Positions 1 to 10,539 of a stretch of 64,000 nt of DNA are shown in pieces. A program made the translations under genes and the position numbers. Within the stretch, counting starts at the first letter, position 1, and each line of letters begins with the position of its first letter. The DNA comes from Octopus sinensis (taxonomy: Eukaryota), in the NCBI RefSeq assembly GCF_006345805.1, contig NW_021833638.1, forward strand, positions 1 through 64,000, in the 5' to 3' direction. The notes under the pieces were generated by a model. The model did no database searches, had not been told where the DNA came from, and worked only from the letters and a program-made list of their open reading frames with translations.

Positions 1-43
1 ACAACTGGAAAATATCTTCTTTGCTGCCATACGAAAAAATCAC

Positions 44-130
<87 letters not shown>

Positions 131-132
<2 letters not shown>

Positions 133-656
133 CAAGTACCACTTGAAAAGGAAAGTGAGAGTAGAGAGGCAAGTTTTGTCTAGCGAATGTTTTAAAAAAG
201 ATGGGTGAATGTAGCAAGAATGGCACGTATGAATGACGAAGCCACCTTGAGCAATAGTCCTATGAACCCAGAAATCGAAAACAGAGTTTGCTTATTGCAA
301 AAAAAAAAAAAAAAAAAAAAAAGAAATATAAAATATGTGACTTCATTGACCGAGGTTACCGTGGTCTTTTCCGTAGGCTTTTCTTTCCACGGGTAACCTC
401 ACCTGTCCTCCCCTTTACACTTCATATTGACATTTCTGTGATAACGACCCTATTGATCAATTTTTTTTTCCTCCCCCCCCTCCCCTTTTTTTAACACCCT
501 CTTTTTTTTGTCCTCTTTCTCTCCTTTTACGATCCCTTTTGATCGAAACTCCCCCTTCCTTTTTTTTTTTTTTTTTTTTTTAAAACCTTCAAAAGAAAAG
601 CTCTACCTTGTAATTTGTTCTATCTGTGTGCAGCCCTGTGTGCTAATAAAGAAACA
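131..656 (+). mobile_element. 5'-truncated Tx1-like (L1 clade) retrotransposon 3' end embedded in (TATC)n
   Basis: Reads FKYHLKRKVRVERQVLSSECFKK-(1-nt frameshift in an A run)-RWVNVARM, resembling Tx1-type ORF2 C-termini. It is followed by a T/C-rich 3' UTR ending AATAAAGAAA, with (TATC)n on both sides. Confidence 0.55.
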
Positions 657-683
657 TATCTATCTATCTATCTATCTATCTAC

Positions 684-716
<33 letters not shown>

Positions 717-743
717 GTTCTATCTATTTAACTATTTATTTAT

Positions 744-804
<61 letters not shown>

Positions 805-827
805 GTTCTATCTATTTAACTATTTAT

Positions 828-866
<39 letters not shown>

Positions 867-871
867 CCTAC

Positions 872-926
<55 letters not shown>

Positions 927-1208
927 ACTTCCTCTCTCTCTCTACACTCACACACACATACACTCACACACACACGCATACACACACACAAGCCCGAACG
1001 CGCAAATATATATGTATATATGTATATAGGCGCAGCAATGGCACTGTGGTAAGAAGCTTGCATACTAACCACACGGTTCCAAGTTCAGTCCCTCTGCGTG
1101 GCAACTTGGGCAAGTGTTTCTAATATAGCTTCGGGCTGACCAAGTCCTTGTGAGTGGATTTGCTAGACGGAAACTGAAAGAAGCCCGTCGTATATATATA
1201 TATATATA

Positions 1209-1702
1209 TAAAACATTATTGGTGAATTGAAGAAATGGAGCTGAACGCAGATTGAACAGAAATCGTTTTATTTTTCATTCTACACGTGTTCGAAAGGCAC
1301 AAATTAACCAAAATCCGATTGAATAATGGGACCATATTGTGTCTTTCTCTCTTCAGGAAGAAAAAGGAAATCCGTTGGAAATCCTTTTCCTTTTTTCCTT
1401 TTTTCTTCCTGAAGAGAAAGACACAATATGGTCCCATTATTCAATCGGATTTTGGTAATTTGTGCCTTTCGAAACACGTGTAGAATGAAATAAACGATTT
1501 CTGTTCAATCTGCGTTCAGCTCCATTTCTTCAATTCACCAATAATGTTTTAATTTCAATTATCCGCACCAACGCACGGTTGCAACGCCAGATGGTTGTAC
1601 CTCCAACCGTGCTGTTCACTGCTGTGATTTTTGCTACTAAGTATCGGTTAAACTTTTGATTATCTACTACAAGATTATTCATCTTTCTATTTCAACATAA
1701 TC

Positions 1703-1705
<3 letters not shown>
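1209..1705. mobile_element. Fold-back element with hammerhead motifs, probably a PLE pLTR derivative
   Basis: Near-perfect inverted arms 1209-1370 and 1394-1551 with a 23-nt spacer. The right arm continues about 155 nt further to (TA)n, and both ends abut (TA)n. Confidence 0.8.
1401..1490 (+). ncRNA. Minimal type I hammerhead ribozyme motif
   Basis: TTTTCTTC-CTGAAGA-(stem II GAAAG...CTTTC)-GAAA-CACGTG-TA-GAATGAAA. The core is intact and stem III is palindromic. A mirror copy lies at 1273-1364 on the minus strand (GAA instead of GAAA). Confidence 0.75.
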
Positions 1706-1746
<41 letters not shown>

Positions 1747-2521
1747 ATGTGTGTGTGTTGTGTGTGTGTGTGTGTGTGTGTGGTGGTGTGTGTGTGTTTG
1801 TGTGTGTTTGTCCCCGTAACTTGCGGTTCGGCAAAAAGAAACAGATAGAATAAATACTAGGCCTAAAAAGAATAAGTCCTGGGGGTAGATTTGATTGACA
1901 AAAGGCTGTGATCCAGCATGGCTACAGTCGAATGACTGAAACAAATGAAAGAATAAAAGAATATATATATATATATATATATATAATTACGTCTATATAC
2001 ATATATTATGTGTATATACATGTATACGCTTGTACATTAATAATAACCATGTGCGTATTGAGTACGATCATGTGCTTGTACGCTTTTCTCCACTGCTTTT
2101 TTTTTATTATCATTATTGTTTATCTGGAGACACATGATATGATTTAAAAAGAAATATCTCGTGTGTCCTTATACATATATAACAGGAACATGTATACACA
2201 AACGTGTGCATTTCCATGCTGGTATTTATTTTATAAGAAATTGTGTAACTGTGTGACTGTAGGTGTTCTCGGTCCTCACGTATCTAAGTGTCAATATATA
2301 GAGTTACCTTCGTGGGTGAGAGCTTTTATGTTTGTGATCAAGCGTGAAGAAAATATGCATACGAAATGATCAACGTACACACGTTGCATTTAAGCTATTA
2401 AATTTATGTTTGTACATGAATAAGATTTTATATATATGAATTTATATATATATATATATATATAGATATATATATATATATATTATATATATTAAATATA
2501 ATATATGATATATATATATAT

Positions 2522-2560
<39 letters not shown>

Positions 2561-2562
<2 letters not shown>

Positions 2563-2961
2563 CGCAGGAGTGGCTGTGTGGTAAGTAGCTTGCTAGCCAT
2601 CCACATGCTTCCGGGTTCAATCCCACTGCGTGGCATCTTGGGCAAGTGTCTTCTGCTATAGCCCCGGGCCGACTAATGCCTTGTGAGTGGATTTGGTAGA
2701 CGGAAACTGAAAGAAGCCTGTCGTATATATGTATATATTTATATGTATGTGTGTGTGTGTCTGTGTTTGTCCCCCTAGTATTGCTTGACAACCGATGCTG
2801 GTCTGTTTACGTCCCCGTCACTTAGCGGTTCGGCAAAAGAGACCGATAGAATAAGTACTGGGCTTACAAAGAATAAGTGCCGGGGTCGATTTGCTCGACT
2901 AAAGGCGGTGCTCTAGCATGGCCGCAGTCAAATGACTGAAACAAGTAAAAGAGTAAAGAGT
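2561..2961 (+). mobile_element. SINE family A, full length
   Basis: tRNA-like head GGCGCAGGAGTGGCTGTGTGG...GGTTCAATCCC, internal TA/TG tract, and 3' tail GGCGGTGCTCTAGCATGGCCGCAGTCAAATGACTGAAACAAGTAAAAGAG. Confidence 0.9.
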
Positions 2962-3372
2962 ATATAGTCTAAAGGCTATGTATTACTCATAAAATACAGT
3001 GTACATTTAAATACATAAGGAATCCACTCGTGGGATTCATCACGCTAGAAAGAACAGCTAGGTTCCATAACCACAAAATTAGGGATAAAATCCTGAAAGG
3101 AACGAAAAGAAAAAAAAGAAAAAAAAAACTTTTACCATCTAGCTTCCTGGACCAATAGGTTTCTGATTTTAGTTTAGCAAATAAAAAATAATAGTCGCTA
3201 GGTGAAATCGTCGTCAACAGGTACACCTTAGATTAAATATATAAAACACGATGCAATCAATTATATGCCTCTTGTTTATATATCCTAATTTTTTCGAAAT
3301 CTACTGCGCAGACGCAGCCCCTTGTCGGCTATAAAAAAATTTCGAAATTATCCCAAAACTTACAATATACAT

Positions 3373-3455
<83 letters not shown>

Positions 3456-3660
3456 GATATGTAGAAAAATACAAACTGAGACAAGAATGCATAAGAACTT
3501 AGAAGACGATACAACAAACACAGACAGGACATTCGAAGCCCTCAGTCTTCAGTCAAGAACCGGATCATCGTAGTAATTTCGGCTGATTAATCTTGAGATT
3601 ACTAGAACCGGCCAGCCCTCCAGGAGAAACTAAGCAACGAGCATTAGAAAAACATATATA

Positions 3661-4471
3661 CTGTGTGCGATGGATAAATTGTCACCAGTTATAGTTTTAA
3701 TTTCGCGCATGTGCATTGTTTGTTTTTGATTTTACCGACTACACAGTATAGTAGGATTACTTGGGTTGCCGTCTGTGAGAAAAAAACAGCACCATGACGC
3801 AATTCACTCTGCTAGAAATTTGGAAACGACATGCTGTACTGCTTGGCATTTGCGCCGAAAGCTCCAATACGAACAGATGGTGATCTCACAGAACAACTGT
3901 TGGCTTGCCGTGTCCCCAAAATACGTACCGAGAGTGATAAAAATCAAACATCCTGTAAACATCATAGTGTTTGGAGTGATCACTAGTGATGGCGACGTTA
4001 TGCCTTCATTTATCTTCCCACACGGCTTCAGATTCAACACTGAGGCTTACATCAAGTGCCTGGAGGAGGTAGTTCTGCCCTGGGTTAAGAGGTTGGCTGC
4101 TGGAAGACGCTATGTCTAGCAACAAAACTCTGCACCATGTCACACAAACAGAAGAACCCAGTCATGGCTGTCAAGCAATTTCTACGACCACATCTCCCCT
4201 AAAATCTGGCCACCTTATTTCCCAGACTGCAACCTCCTGGATCATTTATGTGTGGGGCGCAGTTGAGCGAGAGACCAACAAAACTCCTTGTTACGCCAAA
4301 GATGAACTGAAGGCAAGGATTAAGGCAGAATTCACCGGCTTAAACATGCAAACCGTCCAAAAGAGTTGCAGGAGATTCCAGAGTCGTCTGAAGGGCGTGG
4401 TTGAAGCTAACGGCGATTTTATTCAGTGAATTTAATCTTTAGTATTTCAAGATATTTTTATGTAATTTTGT
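3661..4471 (+). mobile_element. Internally deleted, decayed Tc1/mariner transposon of maT (DD37D) type
   Basis: TA precedes the 5' end. N-terminus MTQFTL at 3794 joins directly to VFGVITSDGDVMP...QQDSAP-like and WPP(NS)PDCN(P)LD-like motifs with about 37-residue spacing, ending VVEANGDFIQ* (4429). Frameshifted. Confidence 0.8.
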
Positions 4472-4776
4472 CCGACCACTTTTAAACTTCTCCATCCACT
4501 CATATACATTTCTACGCCGTGCTGCACTGTCCCCGTATTGTGCTAACCACCTTCGATGAATTTCAATACCTGACACACCTTCCGACCAGAGAAATCGGAT
4601 CACTGCTCTTTGTTCTTCTTTGGTGCACATTGTTTGTGAAGTGGCCATGCTTACACTGTAAAGGCAGAAAGAAAAATGGCGCGATCAGGCTTAAACCTCG
4701 ATCACTTGATCACAGTTGTACCAACTATAAGCACGCATGCGCAGAAGGCAGTGCGACAATAATAAAGATATTTTAC

Positions 4777-4920
4777 GGCAGCGAGCTGGGTTAAGGCGGC
4801 AAGCTGGGTTAAGGCGGCGAGCTGGGTCAAGGCGGCGAGCTGGGTTAAGGCGGCGAGCTGGGTTAAGGCAGCGAGCTGGTTTAAAGCGGCGAGCTGGGTT
4901 AAAGCGGCGAGCTGGTTAAT
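4777..4920 (+). repeat. Eight tandem copies of an 18-bp unit (GGCGGCGAGCTGGGTTAA)
   Basis: The unit is the first 13 nt of SINE B plus GTTAA. Confidence 0.9.
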
Positions 4921-5148
4921 GTGGCGAGCTGGCAGAAGCGGTAGCATATCGGGCGAAATGCCTAGCAGTATTTTGTCTGTCGTTACGTTCTGAGTTCAAA
5001 TTCCGCCGAGGTCGACTTTGCATTTCACACTTTCGGGGTCGATTAAATAAGTACCAGTTACGCACTGGGGTCGATATAATCGACTTAATCTGTTTGTCTG
5101 TTCTTGTTTGTCCCCTCTGTGTAGCCCCTTGTGGGCAGTAAAGAAATA
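4777..5148 (+). mobile_element. SINE family B with reiterated 5' end and 16-bp TSD
   Basis: TSD AAAGATATTTTACGGC at 4764-4779 and 5149-5164. The body matches copies at 32485 and 40708. Confidence 0.9.
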
Positions 5149-5848
5149 AAAGATATTTTACGGCGGAAGTGCAAATAATTTTTGACTCCTCATTGTATAT
5201 ACATACAAGCACATATGTATGTTATTCGAGTAAAATTTCTCACCAATACCGAAAGAATCAGTTTCTAACCCAGACACAGAACTTTCATTGGAATTTACAG
5301 AATTCCATATGTATGAACGCGAAGTACACACATAAGTCTATACTTAAGCATGTTCGTATATACGTGTGTGCATGTATGACAAATTAGTAGGCCTGCAATA
5401 GTGGGACTATTTGAAGACATCTGGGTGTACAATCTTGTTACAATCTATCTTTCGGCTGAAATCTCTGCGCATATTCATACGCGGATACGCAAACACACAT
5501 TGGCACACATACATATTGACATACATACACATATGGTTATGCATATATGCATATGTTCATAGTTGTTCGCGTACATACATAACTCAGTGGGAACATACTT
5601 AAGCCCGAGATATCTCTTCTAAACGTCGGAGTATACAGGCATACTTCAATTAGCTACTCATTTGTGGTATGACTACGCATATCAACACATCGCATCGTGA
5701 TATAAATACACGTGCAAGCAGATATACACACGTATATTTATAAGCATATTCATTTCGATGTAAACATATGCAGGCACGCATACAATTTATATGTGTGTCT
5801 GTGTAGGCATGTATATGTAATTATATATTTACAACTAAATGAATTTGC

Positions 5849-5893
<45 letters not shown>

Positions 5894-6017
5894 AGTGTGT
5901 GTGTGTGCGTGCGTGTGTGTGTGTGTGAGTGTGTGTGTGTTTGTGTGTGTGTAATCGATTAAGTAAGCAGTAGATAAAATTGGTGTAACTCTAAAATATT
6001 ACACAGAAACACATACA

Positions 6018-6065
<48 letters not shown>

Positions 6066-6289
6066 ATCACACACAAACGATCTTTCATGCATAAACATGT
6101 ATATCCTTGCGATAATGTAACCTTTATTTTAACCAAGATATCCTTAGTCTGAAGAGTGGCCGGCGATATACACTTCGGTTGGGTCTTTATCACTTCTGAA
6201 GTTCCGCCCGCTATGAAACATATAACCCGGATCTTACCTACTCCATTCCGTAAATCGTGTGTATGTCTGTATATATATACATATATATA

Positions 6290-6470
6290 TATGGCGATTT
6301 TTTCCCTCTGTCTTCCCTTCTCTGGATCTTTCCTTCTCCTATGTTACCGACGAAGAGCTCCGCTCGAAACGTTAAACCCTCCTTCCCTTCTTTCCTGAGC
6401 GTCAAATAATACTTTAATTGTTCCACGTCCTCGCGTTGCTGTGTTTTTTTTGTGCTTTCTTGTTTGGATT
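6290..6470 (+). mobile_element. Short (TA)n-embedded repeat with minimal hammerhead motif (family H1)
   Basis: GTTA-CCGACGA-A-GAGC-TCC-GCTC-GAAA-CGTT-AAAC at 6343-6377. Homologous to 23215-23385 and 57621-57818. Confidence 0.65.
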
Positions 6471-6471
6471 A

Positions 6472-6507
<36 letters not shown>

Positions 6508-6569
6508 TACATTTTACGTATATAAATAAACACACGTATATACGCAAATTGTATATATTTTATATGTAC

Positions 6570-6602
<33 letters not shown>

Positions 6603-6768
6603 GTATATATGTATATATATTTTATATGTATATTTATATGTATATATATATATATATTCATATATATATATACACACATACATATATATATATATTATAT
6701 ATATATAGATATATATATATATACATATACATATATATATATGCATATACATATATATATATACATAT

Positions 6769-6813
<45 letters not shown>

Positions 6814-7172
6814 TATATATACATATACATATGCAAATATATATATATATATATATATGTATACAGACATGCATACACAGACACACACACACACACACAC
6901 AGATATATGTACGTGTGTGTGTGTGTGACTGTATGTGAGTGTGCGCGCGTGTGTGTTTTCTAAATATGCCAGAGATGCTGAAGCAGAATGTTAAGTGTTA
7001 AGTTCAATCTACGTCAACAGCACCATCGACATTTTTGCCACTCAGAATCTGCTGTCATTCCGCCTGATTCCCTGTCATTCAAAGACACGAAGGCAAAAAG
7101 AAAAGCGTATGACTTTCTCTCGTCATATTTGTCTAAGGTTATCTCCTTCTCATATACTCTAACTGTCGCTCT

Positions 7173-7499
7173 GTGAGGGCGCGTGGCTTAGTGGTTAGGG
7201 CATTCGGCTCATGATCGTAAGGTTGTGAGTTTGATTCCCGGCGACGCGTTGTGTCCTTGAGCAAGACACTTTATTTCACGTTCCTCCAGTCCACTCAGCT
7301 GGCAAAAATGAGTTGTACTTGTATTTCAAAGGGTCAGCCTTGTCACTCTCTGTGTCACGCTGATTATCCCCGAGAACTACGTTAAGGGTACACGTGTATG
7401 TGGAATGCTCAGCCATTTGCACGTTAATTTCACGAGCAAGCTGTTCCGTTGATCGTATCAGCTGGGACCCTCGTCGTCGTAACCGGCGGAGTCTTTAAG
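7173..7499 (+). mobile_element. tRNA-derived SINE, head D (CORE-like) plus tail X, 12-bp TSD
   Basis: TSD AACTGTCGCTCT at 7161-7172 and 7500-7511. CORE-like segment GTGTCCTTGAGCAAGACACTTTATTTCACG...AAAATGAGT. Confidence 0.85.
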
Positions 7500-7526
7500 A
7501 ACTGTCGCTCTCCTGTCTCAGTATAG

Positions 7527-8110
7527 TTACTGCGTGGTAAGTAGCTTGCTAGCCAACCATATTGGTTTCGGGTTCAGTCCCACTGCGTGACATCTTGGGC
7601 AAATGTCTTCTGCTATAGCCCCGGACCGACCAATGCCTTGTGAGTGGATTTGGTAGACGTAAACTGAAAGAAGCCTGTCGTATATATGTATATGTTAGTT
7701 AGTTAATTTTTTGGCACAAAAGCAAAAAGCAAGGCCATGTAGGGGGACATGGAGTTAAGTACAGGGTGGTGTTCATGTAAAGAGTTCAGGCCACTAGAGG
7801 TCAAGGGAGACTTTGAACAAAGCGGTCGACGGCATCTTCACCATCTCGTCTGGCAGCTTGTTCCACGGATCCGTATATATATATATGTATGTGTGTGTAT
7901 GTATTTCTGTGTCTGTGTTTGTCCCCCTAGCATTGCTTGACAACCGATGCTGGTCTGTTTACGTCCCCGTCACTTAGCGGTTCGGCAAAACAGACCGATA
8001 GAATAAGTACTGGGCTTACAAAGAATACGTCCCGGGGTCGATTTGCTCGAGTAAAGGCGGTGCTCCAGCATGGCCGCAGTCAAATGACTGAAACAAGTAA
8101 AAGAGAGAAA
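7527..8110 (+). mobile_element. SINE family A split by a CR1-like fragment
   Basis: The two halves match family A; the insert occupies about 7693-7872. Confidence 0.8.
7693..7872 (-). mobile_element. CR1/L2-group LINE extreme 3' end
   Basis: Minus strand reads WNKLPDEMVKMPSTALFKVSLDL, then a short UTR and a (TAAC)n tail. Confidence 0.6.
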
Positions 8111-8128
8111 GAGAATATATATATATAT

Positions 8129-8168
<40 letters not shown>

Positions 8169-8374
8169 GTGGTGTGTCAGTGTGTGTGTGTGTGTATGTA
8201 TAGAATTATTTTATTATAACTTGATATAGGAAAAAAAATCAAATACACACACACATACCCACGCGCACGCATATGATTGTGTGTGTATGTGATTATGTAT
8301 CTTTGATTAGCTGCGAAAGGCTCTGAAACGTTGCATTCTCGAGAAAAACGAATTCGATACACACACAGTCATGT

Positions 8375-8410
<36 letters not shown>

Positions 8411-8583
8411 TTGTTTATGTCTGTGCTTGTTACTCACAACAGCTTGTCAACCGGTGTTGGTGTGTTTACATCCTCGTAAGTTAGCAGTTCGGGAAAAGAG
8501 ATCGATAGAGTAATCCCAGGCTTAAAAATAAGTCCCGGGTTCGATTCATTCTACTACTGATAGATAGATAGATAGATAGCCAT

Positions 8584-8628
<45 letters not shown>

Positions 8629-8629
8629 C

Positions 8630-8702
<73 letters not shown>

Positions 8703-8929
8703 TTACAGCAGTTTTATTATAATGAAAAAATTGCCATACATTTTTCATTTACATTTTTCTAAACATCTAGAAAACAATATAGTAACAAAAAGATGTTGGC
8801 AACAAATGGGAAAAAACATCTTTAGATATCCATAAAAACTAAATTGAGACAAAAATAAAAATCGCAATATATTTTAGCTATAAACTGTCTTCTGTATTGT
8901 TTTGTGTATTTATGTATATAAGTAGAGGC

Positions 8930-9313
8930 TGGAGGCGCAATGGCCCAGTGGTTAGGGCAGCGGACTCGCGGTCGTTGGATCGCGGTATCGATCCCCAGAC
9001 CGGGCGTTGTGAGTGTTTATTGAGCGAAAACACCTAAAGCTCCATGAGGCTCCGGCAGGGGGTGGTGGTGATCTCTGCTGTACTCTTTCACCACAACTTT
9101 CTCTCACTCTTACTTCCTGTTTCTGTTGTACCTGTATTTCAAAAGGCCGGCCTGTCACTCTCTGTGTCACGCTGAATATCCCCGAGAACTACGTTAAGGG
9201 TGCACGTGTCTGTGGAGTGCTCAGCCACTTACACGTTAATTTCACGAGCAGGCTGTTCTGTTGATCGGATCAACCGGAACCCTCGTCGTCGTAACCGACG
9301 GAGTGCTTCCTTC
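8930..9313 (+). mobile_element. tRNA-derived SINE, head C plus tail X
   Basis: A/B-box head GGAGGCGCAATGGCCCAGTGGTTAGG...TCGATCCCC. Imperfect 12-bp TSD ATAAGT(A/G)GAGGC at 8918-8929 and 9314-9325. Confidence 0.85.
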
Positions 9314-9318
9314 ATAAG

Positions 9319-9570
9319 TGGAGGCGCGTGGCTTAGTGGTTAGGGTGTCAGCACCATGATCGTAAGATTGTGGTGTCGTTTCCTGGACCGGGCGACGCGT
9401 CGTGTTCTTGAGCAAAACACTTCATTTCACGTTGCTCCAGTCCACTCAGCTGGCAAAAATGAGTAACGCTGCGATGGACTGGCATCCCGTCCAACTGGGG
9501 AACACATACGCCATTGAAACCGCAAAACCGGGTCCATGAGCCTGACTAGGCTTTAAAAGGGCGCATTTAT
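9319..9570 (+). mobile_element. tRNA-derived SINE, head D plus tail Y (V-domain-like)
   Basis: Head as at 7173. The tail GCTGCGATGGACTGGCATCCCGTCCA resembles the V-SINE conserved domain. Confidence 0.75.
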
Positions 9571-10539
9571 AAATTTTTGAACGTATATAAACGTATAGGC
9601 CGAAGGCCTGTATTAAAAAGGAGCCAGTTTAATACATCTACCTCAGTGCTTGACTGGTGCTTAATTCATAGACTCCGAAAAGATGAAATGAAAAATCGAC
9701 CCCGGCATAATTTTAACTCAGAATCGAAAGATGCGCAGTTAAGCAATGAAATAATATTTCCTTGTAGATATTTGGGTTTACGCGTTGTATGAATGTGCAT
9801 TAATGAAGACGGTCTGCAGTAAAGAAACTATAAGAAAATGCGAACGCATACAGAGTATAAATTATCTCATCAGGCAGAGTGACTTGTGGTTAGATTTTAT
9901 TTTCTTTTAATAAATTACATAAGCTGGCATCTGCAAATACTTATCTACCTGTATCTTGTTTGTTTGTAATACATAGCTGCCTAGATATCTATTTTCTTCA
10001 TCTTGCATGTCAAACTGGCTTGGGTGGGCAGGAAAAAAAATCTAAAATTCGAGATTTCGTCACAGTAGCCCCAACAGCACCTCCCTATTCAGCTTCACTA
10101 TCACTATTACAACTACAAATAGTTTTAAAATATGTAATACATGTACAAACACGAGCGAATTTGCTAAGGAAATTTTATGTCTAAATCTCTAAATTCCAGT
10201 AAACAACTTCGTATGCAGAAACTGTAATATAATATCAATTAATAGCTAATTTTATTGGCACAATGCTAAAAAATGTATAGGGGCGGCAGAGATTAGAGAC
10301 TGGGGTGGAAGTACAGACGGTTAAATTAAAATTCAGTACTTAACTAATACTTAGAACAGTAAATAGGAAATACATATAACTGTGTATCATAATTAGTCTT
10401 TCGGCCGACTAACTGCTTTTTAATTTGATCCTCTCGATTAGATCAGGCCCGACACAGTGAAAAAGAACATATTTCATAGATTTCGGAGGTGTTAAGGGAA
10501 AAGCCGGTTTCTTTGGTATTTCTACCATCTGGTAACTCG

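Larger units (their letters stand above)
1029..1960 (+). mobile_element. tRNA-derived SINE family A, split by an insertion in its internal (TA)n tract
   Basis: The 5' half (1029-1192) and 3' half (about 1795-1960) match the intact copy at 2561-2961. Confidence 0.8.
4472..5197 (-). mobile_element. 5' fragment of a mariner-like transposon (TIR plus HTH), interrupted by a SINE
   Basis: ORF 4439-4648: KEEQRAVIRFLWSEGVSGIEIHRR...VYEWMEKFKSGRT, a classic mariner N-terminus. A TIR-like TA-CAATGAGGAGTCAAAAATTATTTGC lies near 5170-5197. Confidence 0.75.

Noticed and set aside
2561-2640. SINE heads as functional tRNA genes (also 8930, 28386, 40708)
   Set aside because: A/B boxes are present but there is no complete cloverleaf, and each continues into SINE body sequence.
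3545-3630. Hammerhead-like motif on the minus strand (CTGGAGG-GCTG...CAGCC-GAAA)
   Set aside because: Two core mismatches and no stem I; too degenerate to call.
4777-4920. 18-bp array as a CRISPR or telomeric repeat
   Set aside because: There are no spacers, and the unit derives from the SINE head; the GGGTTA match is incidental.
6441-6938. Long YI/HT/CV/YLSI/MYVC ORFs here and at about 20700, 22450, 25460, 29360, 37700, 38550, 39300, 48900 and 57950
   Set aside because: They are translations of (TA)n, (CA)n, (TATC)n and (TATG)n microsatellites, not genes.
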